Below are positions 1 through 13,095 of a DNA stretch of 64,000 nucleotides, piece after piece. The translations under genes were made by a program, and so were the position numbers. Every line of letters begins with the position of its first letter. Position 1 is the first letter of the stretch. The stretch covers positions 25,234,001 to 25,298,000 of the forward strand of contig OX597825.1 in assembly GCA_951406725.2 (NCBI GenBank), written 5' to 3'. Source of the stretch: Octopus vulgaris (lineage: Eukaryota). The notes beneath the pieces were generated by a model, which was not told where the DNA came from, did not search any database, and saw only the letters and a list, made by a program, of their open reading frames with translations.

Positions 1-1256
1 GCAAGACTAGTCAGGCCATAACCCATGGCCCCTACCTGGGACGTAGTCAGTCCACCTGTGCATACCTTCCTTCTTGTGACACTTGTGAAGACCTGTTGAG
101 GCAAGTGAAAATCAAAATCAAAATCAAAACAAATCAAAATAGATGAACATCAATGGAATCTGTATCTTTGTGGTACCAGTGCCGGTGGCACACACTTTGT
201 GGTACCAGTGCTGGTGGCACACAAGAGAACCATCCGAACGTGGCCGTAGCCAGTTCCGCATCGACCGGCCTCCGTGCTGTGGGCACGTAACAAACACCAT
301 CCGATCATGGCCGTTCGCCAGCCACATCTGGCACCTGTGTCGGTGGCACATAAAAACACCTTCCGAAGACCCGGCAGGACTAGTCAGTCCACCTGTGCAT
401 ACCTTCCTTCTTGTGACACTTGTGAAGACTGGTTGAGGCAAGTGAAAATCAAATCAAATCAAATCAAAATAGACAAAATAGATGAACATCAATGGAATTT
501 GTATCTTGTGGTACCAGTGCCTGTGGCACACAAGAAATCCATCAGTGCTGTAGTCAGTGCGGTGGGCACATGACAAACACCATCCGATCGTGGCCGTTCG
601 CCAGCCTCATCTAGCACCTGTGTCGGTGGCACATAAAAACACCATCCGAAGACCCGGCAAGACTAGTCAGGCCATAACCCATGGCCCCTACCTGGGACGT
701 AGTCAGTCCACCTGTGCATACCTTCCTTCTTGTGACACTTGTGAAGACCTTTTGAGGCAAGTGAAAATCAAAACAAATCAAAATAGATGAACATCAATGG
801 AATTTGTATCTTTGTGGTAACACAAGAAAACCATCCGAACGTGGCCGTAGCCAGTACCGCATCGACTGGCCTCCGTGCTGTGGGCACGTAACAAGCACCA
901 TCCGATCGTGGCCGTTTGCCAGCCTCATCTGGCACCTGTGTCGGTGGCACATAAAAACACCATCCGAGCGTGGCCGTCTGCCAGCCTCGTCTGGCACCTG
1001 TGTCGGTGGCACATAAAAAACACCATCCGAGCGTGGCCGTTTGCCAGCCTCGTCTGGCACCTGTGTCGGTGGCACATAAAATCACCCACTACACTCTCGG
1101 AGTGGTTGGCGTTAGGAAGGGCATCCAGCTGTAGAAACACTGCCAGATCTGACTGGACTGGTGCAGCTTTCGGGCTCCCCAGACCCCAGTTGAACCGTCC
1201 AACCCATGCTAGCATGGAAAGCGGACGTTAAATGATGATGATGATGATGATGATGA
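1..1256 (+). mobile_element. Non-autonomous retroelement (family D) with internal ~60-bp tandem units, partly duplicated, ending in a (GAT)n tail
   Basis: Repeated GTGGCACATAAAAACACCATCCGA..GTGGCCGTT..GCCAGCCTC units; 3' end CCAACCCATGCTAGCATGGAAAGCGGACGTTAAA(TGA)n is shared with copies at 7.2, 10.8, 14.3, 17.6 and 21.6 kb. Confidence 0.7.
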
Positions 1257-1261
1257 TATAT

Positions 1262-1294
<33 letters not shown>

Positions 1295-1296
<2 letters not shown>

Positions 1297-1592
1297 CTGA
1301 AAGGTGTTTTGTTGTATGCGTATAATTCTTGCTTTCTCTTTGTTTCCATTCTTGTTTTGTTCTTGTATACATTCGTTTGCTTTTCCCAGAGGCTTAAAGC
1401 TTTTAGCTTAAGTCTTTGGCACCTTGCTGGATTTGTATAGTCTTAGTAGTAAACAGGTGTGAAACTATAATGACTTTGCTAAAACCGGCTGATGAGGAAA
1501 TCTGCTGCAAATGGTCCATGTATCTTGTTTCTGTCCTGTTTGCTATTGTTATGTTATCGTCTACGTTATTGCTTATCTTACCTTTGATTTAT
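1295..1592. repeat. Interspersed repeat, second copy at ~3410-3690
   Basis: GAAAGG..TTGTATG.GTATAATTCTTGCTTTCTCTTTGTTTCCATTC...CTGATGAGGAAATCTG...TACCTTTGATTTAT present at both sites; tail piece at ~5805-5845. Confidence 0.6.
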
Positions 1593-1644
1593 CGATGCGG
1601 CGTGCCGTACAACCTGTTGTTTATTTTGTTAAAAGATAGGCGCA

Positions 1645-2043
1645 GGAGTGGCTGTGTGGTAAGTAGCTTGCTAACCAACCACATGGTTCCGGGTTCAGTC
1701 CCACTGCGTGGCATCTTGGGCAAGTGTCTTCTGCTATAGCCTCGGGCCGACCAAAGCCTTGTGAGTGGATTTGGTAGACGGAAACTGAAAGAAGCCTGTC
1801 ATATATATATATATGTATGTGTGTGTATATGTTTGTGTGTCTGTGTTTGTCCCCCTAGCATTGGTTGACAACCGATGCTGGTGTGTTTACGTCCCCGTAA
1901 CTTAGCGGTTCGGCAAAAGAGACCGATAGAATAAGTACTGGGCTTACAAAGAATAAGTCCTGGGGTCGATTTGCTTGACTAAAGGCGGCGCTCCAGCATG
2001 GCCGCAGTCAAATGACTGAAACAAGTAAAAGAGTAAAAGAGAG
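1645..2043 (+). mobile_element. tRNA-derived SINE family A (internal TA/TG microsatellite, AAAGAGT tail)
   Basis: Head GGAGTGGCTGTGTGGTAAG (A box) ... GGTTCAGTCCC (B box); more than 10 copies in the window. Confidence 0.85.
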
Positions 2044-2835
2044 TATTCCTTGAATACTAGTATGACTCTTACCCTCTTTTCCTCCCTCGTTTTTCTCTCC
2101 TGTTCCTTCCTTCTCTCTCTCTCTCTCTCTCTCCTCCTCCTCCTCCTCCTCCTCCTCATTCTTCAGTCTCTCTGGTATCCGCCGAGGTCGACTTTCCCTT
2201 TCATTCTTTCGGGGTCGATAAATAAAGTACCAGTTACGCACTGGGATCGATGTAATCGACTTAATCCGTTTGTCTGTCCTTCTTTGTCCCCTCTGTGTTT
2301 AGCCCCTTGTGGGTAGTAAAGAAATAGATATTTCCCCTCTTTTGCATTCCTTAATCCCTTTCTCCCTCTCTTGTAGTCCTTAATCCCTCTGTCTGCCTGT
2401 CTGTCTGTCTCTCTTTCCCTCCTCCACCTCGTTCCTCAGTCCCTCAGATTTCTTTTTCTCTCTCTCGTATTCCTTAATTCCCTTTTCCCTTCCCTCTTAT
2501 TCTTCAATCCCTTTGCTTTCCTTCTTCACTTGTACCTTTTATCTCTTTGCCTCCCTTTATCTTCCTCTCCTTCTCATTTGTTTTAGTCCTTCTGATTTCT
2601 TTCTCCGCCCTCTCCTATTCCTTAGTCCCTCTGCCCTCTTCAACCCTCTCCCTCTCCTACCATGTGATCCCTCTCCAACTAAGACACTGTCGTCCATTTT
2701 TGACCAACTGCCATTCAGGCAGGTCACTTTTGTCTGCCCTCCCACTTGGTCTGTTAAAGATTCAAAAATTTTTTCCTTGAGCCAGCTTACAATGTTTGGC
2801 TGATAGTCAAAAGCCCCTTACTGTTATTTATTTAT

Positions 2836-3233
2836 ACTCTTTCTCTTTTACTCTTTTACTTGTTTCAGTCATTTGACTGTGGCCATGCTGGAGCACCGCC
2901 TTTAGTCAAGCAAATCGACCCCAGGACTTATTCTTTGTAAGCCTAGTACTATCGGTCACTTTTTGCTGAACCGTTAAATTACGGGGACGTAAACACACCA
3001 GTGCTGGTTGTCAAGCGATGTTGGGGTACAAACACACACACACACACACACACACATACATACATATATATACATATATACGATGGGCTTCTTTCAGTTT
3101 CCGTCTACCAAATCCACTCACAAGGCTTTGGTCAGCCCGAGGCTATAGTAGAAGACACTTGCCCAAGGTGCCATGCAGTGGGACTGAACCCGGAACCATG
3201 TGGTTTAGAAGCAAGCTACTTGCCACACAGCCA
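2836..3233 (-). mobile_element. SINE family A
   Basis: Reverse complement of the 1645-2043 copy. Confidence 0.8.
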
Positions 3234-3693
3234 CATTTTTCTTTTGTTGTATAGCCTAAAGACATTTATCCATTATATATGCATAATTCTTTTTCTGTTG
3301 CACTTGCATTATTTCATAATGTTACGTTTGTCCAATAGTCGAAAGATCCTTTCTGTTATTCATCTATTTGTATTTGTAATGTACAATTATTTTCCATGCT
3401 TTGCATAGCCGAAAGGCATTCTGTTGTATGTGTATAATTCTTGCTTTCTCTTTGTTTCCATTCTTGTTTTGTTCTTTTATACATTTGTTTGCTTTCCCAG
3501 AGGCTCAATGTCCCAGAGGCTCAATGTCAAATAGCCTTGGTAATTAAGGGGTATGAAACTATAATGACTTTCCAGAAACCGACTGATGAGGAAATCTGCG
3601 ACAAATGGTCTTTTTATTTTGTTTCTGTCCTTTTTGCCATTTGTTATGTTATCGTCTGTTATCACTTATGATACCCTTGATTTATATATATAT

Positions 3694-4092
3694 ACTAGCA
3701 GTATCGCCCGGCGTTGCTCGGGTTTGTAAGGGAAATAACTATATAAGCATTTTTAGAGAGTTATAGCCAAAAAGTAAGCAAAAAATGCATTAAAAATGGA
3801 AAAAAAATGATGGTAAATTTTTTTTTAAATCGTTGACTCATCATAGACATTTTTAGAGAGTTACTTCCCTTATATAATAGCGAAAAAAATGCAGCAAAAT
3901 GGAAAAAAATGATGGTAATTTTTTTTAAAATCGTAGACTCATCGTAGACGCATGCTAATACCCAGAAGGGCTCGATATGAATCACGACTATAAGATACCC
4001 GGTTCTGGTTAAACTGCACCGCAAAATGTGGGAGTAGTTAGGAATCTAAATCGTAGGAGACAGACACACAACTTCTCTTTTATATATAAAGA
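3694..4092 (+). mobile_element. Helitron/Helentron-like non-autonomous element (DINE-1/HINE-like)
   Basis: Starts ACTAGCAGTATCGCCCGGCGTTGCTCGGG (hairpin), ends CTTTTATATATA.AGAT; same termini at 50013 and 51679. Confidence 0.55.
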
Positions 4093-4630
4093 TATGTGTG
4101 ATGCACTTCTTTCAGTTTCCATCTACCGAATCAATGCATAAGATTCAGTTAGCCTGGGGCTATAGTAGAAGACACTTGCTTAAGGTGTCACAGTGGGTCT
4201 GAACCCAGGAACCATGTGCTTGGGAAGCAAGCTTCTTCTATTCGTTTAATTGGCCACAAGGGCCTTTCAAGGGAAGGAAGCTGTGGGCTGGACATGGACA
4301 TAATGAGATGGAATGATTAACGATATGATAATAATGAGGGCAACACCAACGCCTGCTGATTGCTGTGTACCCGAACACATTGTTCTTTTATAAAACATTT
4401 TGAGGCAACAAACCTCTTGCAAAAACGAGCTTCTTACCACACAGCCACTATTACACTCTCTCAGAGTTTGAACAATTTAACCATAACGCAACCTGTTACA
4501 AATGTATCTTAAGCTTTTGTTTTTGGATTTTCACTACAAAAAAAACCTGTTGTTTACATGCACTGCAGGAAGGGCAACCAGCCATAGAAAACTTAGCTCT
4601 CAACAAATTCCATCCAACTCCATTTGGTGC

Positions 4631-4796
4631 AGGAGTGGCTGTGTGGTAAGTAGCTTGCTAACCAACCACATGGTTCCGGGTTCAGTCCCACTGCGTGGCA
4701 TCTTGGGCAAGTGTATTCTGCTATAGCCCCGGGCCGACCAATGCCTTGTGAGTGGATTTGGTAGACGGAAACTGAAAGAAGCCTGTTGTATATATG

Positions 4797-4837
<41 letters not shown>

Positions 4838-5073
4838 TGTGTGTGTGTGTGTGTGTGTGTGTTTGTGTGTGTGTGTTTGTCCCCCTAGCTTTGCTTGACA
4901 ACCGATGCTGGTGTGTTTACGTCCCCGTAACTTAGCGGTTCGGCAAAAGAGACTGATAGAATAAGTACTGGGCTTACAAAGAATAAGTCCCGGGGGTCGA
5001 TTTGCTTGACTAAAGGCGGTGCTCCAGCATGGCCGCAGTCAAATGACTGAAACAAGTAAAAGAGTAGAAGAGT
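4631..5073 (+). mobile_element. SINE family A
   Basis: Full-length match to the 1645 copy. Confidence 0.85.
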
Positions 5074-5107
5074 AACTCGTGCAAGCATAGAAAAGCAGAC
5101 ATGAAAA

Positions 5108-5155
<48 letters not shown>

Positions 5156-5299
5156 GGCTACTTTCCAAATGTCAGTAGGATATTGTGCTCTTCTCCTCCT
5201 CCTCTTCCTTCTCCTCCTCTCACTAACTAACTCTTAGGTCTTTGAAATGCTGATGCTTAGGCGTTTGAACTTTTGTCCCTATTATGAAAACTAGGCCAG

Positions 5300-5590
5300 A
5301 AGTTATAAATTTCTCCATAAACAAACCATCCCGAATTGGCAGTATTGTCCCATTATCTAGAATAAACAAGAGCTATGGACAGAGCCCAGTGAACACCTAT
5401 CTGTACATTATAAATTTCTTACTGACCATTCAGCTTATACTAATATGGCTTGAAATCACTATCAGAAGCCCTTGATTAACACTGTGTTATCTTAGTGGTC
5501 AGTACAAGGCAGAGCATGGTACCTTGTCCAAGGCCTTCCCAATGTCACTAAATGCTATTTATAACAGTTTGTGCTTTGTTAATTACCACA
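5300..5590 (-). pseudogene. Highly decayed RTE-type LINE reverse transcriptase fragment
   Basis: Minus strand reads AFSDIGKALDKVPCSAL and VQIGVH-GSV, resembling AFVDLEKAFDRVP and GVHQGSVLSP of the 16.8 kb copy. Confidence 0.5.
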
Positions 5591-5984
5591 TAATGAATTT
5601 TACATATGTAATTATATATCCTGGTGCAGAAAAAACAAAAACAAAAAAAAAACAGCATCGTATTCACGGTTGCTTTATTCTCTGTTTATTTTACTAATTA
5701 AAATTTATTTATTTTATGAAATAAATTTCTTCTTTCTTTTTTTAGCATGTTGATTCCAATATTTCAAACAACTTCATTCATTAAAACTTCTGTTGTTCAA
5801 TGATATGTTATTGTCTGTTATCGCTTATGTTACCTTTGATTTATATATATATATATATATATCTGATGCGTTTCAGACATTAAAAGCCAGCTTCCACATC
5901 ATACATTAAAAGCCAGCTTTCAAATCCTATTTTATTGTAAAGAAAAATTTTGGCTAAGGTTTCGACTTTTGGTTATGAATCAAG

Positions 5985-6500
5985 AAACTATTTCTTACAC
6001 ATTCTTGGAGATTGTCAAACAAATTACAATTTTCGTATCTCCTGTGCCAAATAAACTTGCAGAGATGGGAGTCAGCTACAGAATGGTGGATCCCACAACA
6101 TTGTTTATTACTTCATTTTACAGAGGCCAATGTGCTTTCCACTTATGGGAACCATCTTTTGAGTTAATAAACTCACTGGTGTGATTCACTGTTTAATGCT
6201 GAAAATTATAACCAGCAATTTCAGGAATGCTAGGATAGGCTCACCACAAGTCACTGAAAATCGTGGCTCCAGGAAAAATTGACTGATGCATGCATTCATC
6301 TAGTGTGTCACAATTCCAACATGACACGGTATAAAGAAAAACATGCCTGGCTTCATGACACATTCCTCTGAAAACTCACTGCTCAGGATGCACTCTTTTT
6401 CAGTTGTATACACACCTTGAGAAGACTGTTCCATCCATATAAACAATCTTCCCAGGACTGCCAATCTGAACTGGGTTGCAGAGCTGGTTCTCTGCACATA
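5985..6500 (-). pseudogene. Merlin (IS1595/ISXO2-like) DDE transposase remnant
   Basis: Manual minus-strand translation gives IGSPGKIVYMDG..FSR..YN*KR..EQ*VF, IFPGATIFSDLW*AYPSI, H*TVNHTSEFINSKDGSH and DSHLCKFIWHRR, all ISXO2-family motifs with stop codons. Confidence 0.75.
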
Positions 6501-6507
6501 TTTCATG

Positions 6508-6785
6508 GTGGAGGCACATGGCCTAGTGGTTAGAGCAGAGGATTCGCGGGTTCGAATCTCAGACCGAGTCATGTGTGTGTGTTTATGAGCGAAACACCTA
6601 AGCTCCATGCAGCTCAGACAGAAGGTAATGGCAAACTTTCGCAGACTCTTTCACCACAACTTTCTCTCACTCTTTCCTCCTGCATCTTGCAGCTCACCTA
6701 CGACAGACCAGTGTTCCGTCCAGGTGGGGAACCTATACGCCAAGGAAACCGGCCCTTATGAGCTTGGCACGGCTCAAGAAGGAAT
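6508..6785 (+). mobile_element. tRNA-derived SINE family C variant
   Basis: GGAGGCACATGGCCTAGTGGTTAGAGC...GGTTCGAATCTC head; matches 62831-63115. Confidence 0.75.
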
Positions 6786-7191
6786 ATATTTCATGAATAT
6801 AGCTATTGTAGTCAATAGCTGTGTTTTGGCAAGCAGACTATGCCTGGAAACAGGCACCAATATGTGTGTGGCTTTCAATTGGCTAAAATTACCCAAAAGT
6901 TGCAAACTTTAAAAGCTATTAACTTTTTATTCATTAATTTATGGGGAAAATTAATTTCATTTCCATATTTAGCATACAAAACTACAACAATACACCAAAT
7001 TTGAAAACAATTGGAACTTAAAAGAATTGAAATTACGAGCCAAAGAGAAAAGGTCTCACAGTTTTAGCGATATCCAATTTGTTTCTGAGTTTGTTGCATC
7101 ACTGAATTTAATTCACAATTCAACTGTAATTAGTCAATGTATAATGTTTTGTTCAGCTTTATTTTACTTATTTTTATTTTTGATTATGTAG

Positions 7192-7452
7192 ATCCCGTGC
7201 CGGTGGCACATAAAAAGCACCATCCGATCGTGGCCGTTCGCCAGCCTCGTCTGGCACCTGTGCAAGTGGCACGTAAAAAGCACCCACTACACTCACGGAG
7301 TGGTTGGTGTTACGAAGGGCATCCAGCCGAAGAAACACTGCCAGATCAGACTGGGCCTGGTGCAGCCTTCTGGCTTCCCAGACCCCAGTTGAATCGTCCA
7401 ACCCATGCTAGCATGGAAAATGGATGTTAAACGATGATGATGATGATGATGA
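7192..7452 (+). mobile_element. Family D retroelement 3' part with (GAT)n tail
   Basis: Same 3' end as the 1-1256 copy. Confidence 0.7.
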
Positions 7453-8062
7453 TTATGTAGTGTGATGGAGGAAAAGGACAACAGAAAAAGAAGCAAATGG
7501 AAGAAAGAAATACAAAAGGCCTTACCTGTTGACCTCGGCAGAATGAGCGATCACTCTCAAGAAATAAACACGTCTTTGCTCGCTGCTGTCTCTGCTCGAA
7601 CTCGCCACACGTGCTTCCTGCCCACGCATGCCCCGTGCCTGTGCCACAGGCCCCTGTAGTCTTTACTTCCATCTATCTCATCTGCAATCCCCTCCACCAA
7701 CACCACATAGCTCATCACAGCCCATAACACCACTAACACCACAGATAATTAACACTTATTTTTTTTCTCTTTCATTTATCCCACTTCTTTTCACATTGTT
7801 GTTTGCCATTGCGTCTTCATAAAACGAAAGATTGCTGGGACATAGAGACGTGTAACAGATATGTGTGTGTATGTAAGTTGCATAAACCAAAATTTACAAT
7901 ATCATAAACGTCAACAGATGACAACTAAACTGAATAAAAAAATGAAAATTTACTCTTTCACTGAGTTCTGACAGTGGTACTTGCTTGCTGCTCAACTTCA
8001 TGCATCCAACAATGTTTCAAATGAACAATTTAATCTATGTCAGTACTCACAGCCAGAGAAGG

Positions 8063-8398
8063 TGCATGGCTCAGTGGTTAAAGTATTGGGCTCACAATCA
8101 TGAGGTAGCGAATTCAAATCCCAGAACAGGCTGTGTGTTGTGTTCTTGAGTAAGAGACTTTATTTCATGTTGCTCCAGTTCACTCAGCTGCAGAAATAAT
8201 GCACAAGGTCACTAGTGCCAAGCTGTATCATACTTTGCTTCTCCATTGGATAACATCGATGGCATGGAGAGGGGAGGTTGGTATGCATGGGCGACCGCTG
8301 GTCTTCCATAAACAACCTTGCCTGGACTTGTGCCTTGGAGGGTAACTTTCTAGGTGCAATTCTATGGTCATTCATGACTGAAGGGGGTCTTTACCTTT
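8063..8398 (+). mobile_element. tRNA-derived SINE (distinct family)
   Basis: TGGCTCAGTGGTTAAAG A box and ATTCAAATCCC B box, followed by a SINE-like body. Confidence 0.6.
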
Positions 8399-8649
8399 AA
8401 TCCTTTACTGAGGATATCCTGTGACAAAATGTCTAAGTTGTTAAGATACCTTACTCTTATTCACCTAGAAAGTTTCACACAACCATTCACTTACAGATCA
8501 ACTGTGGAATTTTGGGCACTCATATAATGTAGAGATTGAAACCCCAACCACAAAATTATCAGTTCATAGCCATATATAAGCTACAATCACATCATATGAT
8601 GTTCATGTGGGTAACCTAAAATTTCACCAATTAGCTTGAAGCTATACCT

Positions 8650-9212
8650 ACTTCTTTACTACCCACAAGGGGCTAAACACAGAGGGGACAAACAAGGACA
8701 GACAAACGGATTAAGTCAATTACATCGACCCCAGTGTGTAACTGGTACTTATTTAATCAACCCCGAAAGGATGAAAGGCAAAGTCGACCTCAGCGGAATT
8801 TGAACTCAGAACGTAACAGCAGATGAAATACCTATTTCTTTACTACCCACAAGGGGCTAAACACAGAGGGGGCAAACAAGGAGAGACAAACGGATTAAGT
8901 CAGTTACATCGACCCCAATGTGTAACTGGTACTTATTTAATCGACCCCGAAAGGATCAAAGGCAAAGTCGACCTCGGCGGAATTTGAACCCAGAACGTAG
9001 CGGCAGACGAAATACCTATTTCTTTACTACCCACAAGGGGCTAAACACAGAGGGGACAAACAAGGACAGACAAACGGATTAAGTCGATTACATTGACCCC
9101 AGTGCGTAACTGGTACTTAATTTATCGACCCCGAAAGGATGAAAGGCAAAGTCGACCTCGGTGGAATTTGAACCCAGAACGTAGTTGCATGCTAACGTTT
9201 CTGCCAGCTCAC
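8650..9212 (-). mobile_element. Three head-to-tail copies (184-bp period) of SINE family B (Nin/Deu-domain-like)
   Basis: TCTTTACTACCCACAAGGGG starts at 8653, 8837 and 9021; core GCCTTTCATCCTTTCGGGGTCGAT..AAGTACCAG on the minus strand. Confidence 0.8.
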
Positions 9213-10646
9213 CACCTCTGTAATGAAACATATGATGCACACAGCACTTCATCTTGTAAACAAACAAGACCTTGACTCATTGCAGCTGAAGAAATTATTG
9301 AGTTTACACTTATGCTGGCAATGAGAGTGATCCAGACAATCAAATTGGTAAAAGTGATGAGGAAAGTAGTGATTCAGGTGAATAAATATGTCCATTAGTG
9401 TACCTAACAAATATGGTGGTTGAGAGAAAGGCCTATTATTGTTATTCTCCTAAATTTCTTTGTGATTCAGTCTTGAGCTGTGTATGCAATTATTTATTTA
9501 TTTATTTATTTATTTTTTGCTTGGGAGCCCAGCTAGAGTGTAAAGTTAGACACAGGGGCCCAGGTCTGAGATGGCTAATTCAACGTAAAATCAGGTTGGT
9601 TGAGTATATTACAAGGGTAATATACTCATGAATGTTTAACAGATTTTATTGAAAGAAAATTATGCATATGTCATACATTAATTATCATAGTCGCACTGGC
9701 TGCATGAATGGTCTGTACAAATTGATTGAAACGCATTTGCTTGGCCATTTGCTGTCTGGTAAGTGAAAGACAAAAGATACAAGTCTACTGCAAATTGTTA
9801 AAGTCTGTTGGGTGAGAGATGAGCTGTGAGATCTGTCCTGCTTGAATGCCATCATCATGTTCTGACTAGCAAGAGGTGAGATTTGTGAATCCTTCAGTTA
9901 CCCTCAACACTCTGTTACAATTTAGATATTAAACTGTTTAACTAGTGAAAAAAGGGGCAAATCTCAAGGACATTGAAGACGGTGTTCATGGTATAGCTTC
10001 AAGGCGGCGAGCTGGTCGGCTTGAGGCTATAGTAGAAGACACTTGCTCAAGGTGCCACGCAGTGGGACTGAACCCGGAACCATGTGGTTCATAAGCAAGC
10101 TACTTACCACACAGCCACTCCTACACAGCAATTTTTTTTTTAATACAATTCCTAATAATATCTAATCATAGAAATATAACAGGATTTTTGAACATTCAAA
10201 TGGCTATTGGGGTTCATCAGAATAAAATAGGAATCAGAGGGTCTACAGGTGAAAAAGGGTTGAGAACTATGGGTTTAGATGTTTGTCATGGCTACAAATT
10301 AAAACACATAGCAAGCAGGCACAGTTTGTAAAGCATCAGAATAAATGATTAGAAGTATTTCTTCTAACTCTTTACATTCTCATCAGTATTACCTTTTATC
10401 CCACTGAAGATGATAAAATAAAGTACTGAAAAATCACCCCCAGTACTATGCGTGAAGTTGGGCCTCCCATAAGCTAATTTTGTCCCTGACACTCCCTGCT
10501 ACAGGTTGATCTTAATCCAGACAGTCATCTCTGCTACCTAGCCTGACTCCATCATATTTACTTAAACACTCTTGTTGTGTTTTGGGAGGGTCATCATGCC
10601 AATAATAATAACACAAGTACTGGTTCAATATTACTTATTTATTCAA

Positions 10647-11336
10647 GGCAGTGAGCTGGCAGAAATGTTAGCACGCTGGGCAAAATGCTTAGCGATATTT
10701 CATCTGTCTTTATGTTCCGAGTTCAAATTCCACTAAGGTCGACTTTGCCTTTCATCCTTTTGGGGTTGTTAAATTAAGTACCAGTTGCATACTGGTGTTG
10801 ATCTAATCGAGAAGACCCCTGTTGTGTCAAGTGAAATCGTAGTCGTGGTTGATGCCAATGCTGCCTGATTGGCACCCGTGCTGGTGGCATGTAGTAAACA
10901 TTATTCAAGTGTGAGTCAATGCCAGTGCTGCCTAACTGGCCCCCTGGCTGGTGGCACATAAAAAGCACCACCTGAACGTGGACGATGCCAGTGCCCTCTG
11001 ACTGGCTCCTGTTGCGGGTGGCATGTAAAAAGCACCTTCCGAACGTGGTTGATGCCAGTGCCCACAGACTGGCTCCCATGCCAGTGGAACGTAAAAGAGC
11101 ACCATCTGAATGTGGTCAATGTCAGTGCCACCTAACTGGCTACCATGCCGGTGGCACATAAAAAGCACCCACTACATTCTCAGAGTGGTTGGCATTAGGA
11201 AGGGCATCAAGTTGTAGAAACCTTGCCAGATCAGATTGGAGCCTGGTGCAGTCTACTGGATTACCGGTCCTCAGTCAAACCGTCCAGCCCATGCCAGCAT
11301 GGAAAACGTACGTTAAACGATGATGATGATGATGAT
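10647..11336 (+). mobile_element. SINE B 5' part followed by a family D element
   Basis: GGCAGTGAGCTGGCAGAAATGTTAGC head, then ~60-bp tandem units and a (GAT)n tail. Confidence 0.65.
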
Positions 11337-11634
11337 TTACAGAGTGTACCATTTCACTTTATTGCCACCCCTGTACTTAAAATGTTACCCAAGGTACCTC
11401 GCAGTGCAACTGAGCCCTAAATCACGAGGCTGCAAAGCAAAGTTCTTAACCACACAGCCATGTCTGTGCCTATCTTCACATCTCCCCATCTTGTCACTCC
11501 ATTGTGTCCCAGCCCTAACCAACCACTTTTTTGACTGTTTCTTCTCCATAAACCCAATCCTCCGAAATCCCCTTCCTTGCCAACATATTTCCTGCAGGCA
11601 TTGACGTTTCTTTTGCTGCAGAGTCAGAGGGAGA

Positions 11635-11755
11635 TCATCATCATCATTGTTCGACCGTGGTCGATACAATGGAATTTACCATGCTACGCCAGACTTCACG
11701 ATCCATCATGGCATTACGGAGATCCTGTTGCTGGATGCCTGTATCCCTGGAGAAC
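11635..11755 (-). mobile_element. RTE-like LINE 3' end
   Basis: Minus strand reads SRDTGIQQQDLRNAMMDREVWRSMV followed by a (TGA)n tail. Confidence 0.55.
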
Positions 11756-12459
11756 GTGATCAGAGACAGGACCCGGAAAAGCAGGGGCTGGACCTATATC
11801 CGCAGGTATACCATTAGGTCTGGTTCCCTGGGGAAGAGGAACCCTGGTGCAGTTAATTGCAAATTCCATAGTCTTTTCAAATGGCTAATAATGTGTGCGC
11901 GTGCCACTACTACACACAGAGGGAGAAGAAAAGTAGCCAAAACCTTTTATTTTTTTAGGGCCATTTTTTTGTGGGGGTGGGGTACAGGCGCCAGGATTTG
12001 TGGGAAAAATTGAGTAAGTTATTCTTAAACCAGGAATCCGGCTGGGATGTTTGCAACAAAATGGAGCTCAAGAACCAGTTGATAGTGTTAAACTGAGCAA
12101 TACATCAAGTCTACCACCCAAAATTAAAGTTACCCATACCCAAGATTAACTTTACCACCATAGATTAACTCTACCATCCAAAATAATGTCTAATATCTAA
12201 GGATTAAGAGTAACACCTAACATTAAGTGTACCCTGTGCACATAATTAACTGTAGCACCTTAGATTAAAGTAAGTGTGCTATTCAACATGAAATCTAACC
12301 CACGCCTAGTTTTAATATCAACCAGTCAAGGATTAATTCTACCAACACAAGATTAACTCTTCTGTGAAAGTTAATCATAAACCTAATTGAGTTTACACAA
12401 GAGAATTTGGAAGTGTAACAGCCCTAACTGTTTTCTCTCACCTAGACGACCCCCACCTC

Positions 12460-12490
12460 AGAGAGAAAGAAAGAAAGAGAGAAAGAGAAA

Positions 12491-12530
<40 letters not shown>

Positions 12531-12883
12531 AAGGAAGAAAGAGAGAAAGAGAAAGGAAGAAAGAAAGAAAGAAAGAAAGAAAAAAGAAAGAGAAAGAAAG
12601 AAAGACAAGGAAGAAAGAAAGAGAGAAAGAGAGAAAGAAAAAGACAGAAAGAAAAAAGAAAGAAAGAAAGAAAGGAAGAAAGAAAGAGAAAGAAAGAGAA
12701 AGAAAGAAAGAAAGACAGAAAGAAAAAAGAAAGAAAGAAAGAAGGAAAGAAAGAAAGAGAAAGAAAAAGACAGAAAGAAGGAATGAAAGGAAGGAAGAAA
12801 GAGAAAGAAAAAAGAAAGAGAAAAGAAGACAGAAAGAAAAGAAGAAAAGAAAGAAAGAAAAAAAGAAAGAAAGAAAGAAAGAC

Positions 12884-12925
<42 letters not shown>

Positions 12926-13095
12926 GAGGAAAGAGAAAGAAAAAGACAGAAAGAAGGAATGAAAGGAAGGAAGAAAGAGAAAGAAAAAAGAAAGAGAAAA
13001 GCAGACAGAAAGAAAAGAAGAAAGAAAAGAAAGAAAGAAAGAAAGAAAAAGAAAGGAAAATGACAAAAAAAAAAAGGCAGAGGAGAAGAAAAGTA
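12460..13095. repeat. Complex (GAAA)n polypurine microsatellite
   Basis: ~630 bp of almost pure A/G with an internal ~177-bp duplication (12766 vs 12943). Confidence 0.95.

Noticed and set aside
1455-1520. CTGATGA plus GAAAC as a hammerhead (also 3555-3600)
   Set aside because: No stems II and III or NUH triplet could be built in a valid order.
9230-9900. Possible piggyBac C-terminal Cys-rich remnant or host exon
   Set aside because: Only vague Cys spacing, many stops and no convincing motif or splice structure.
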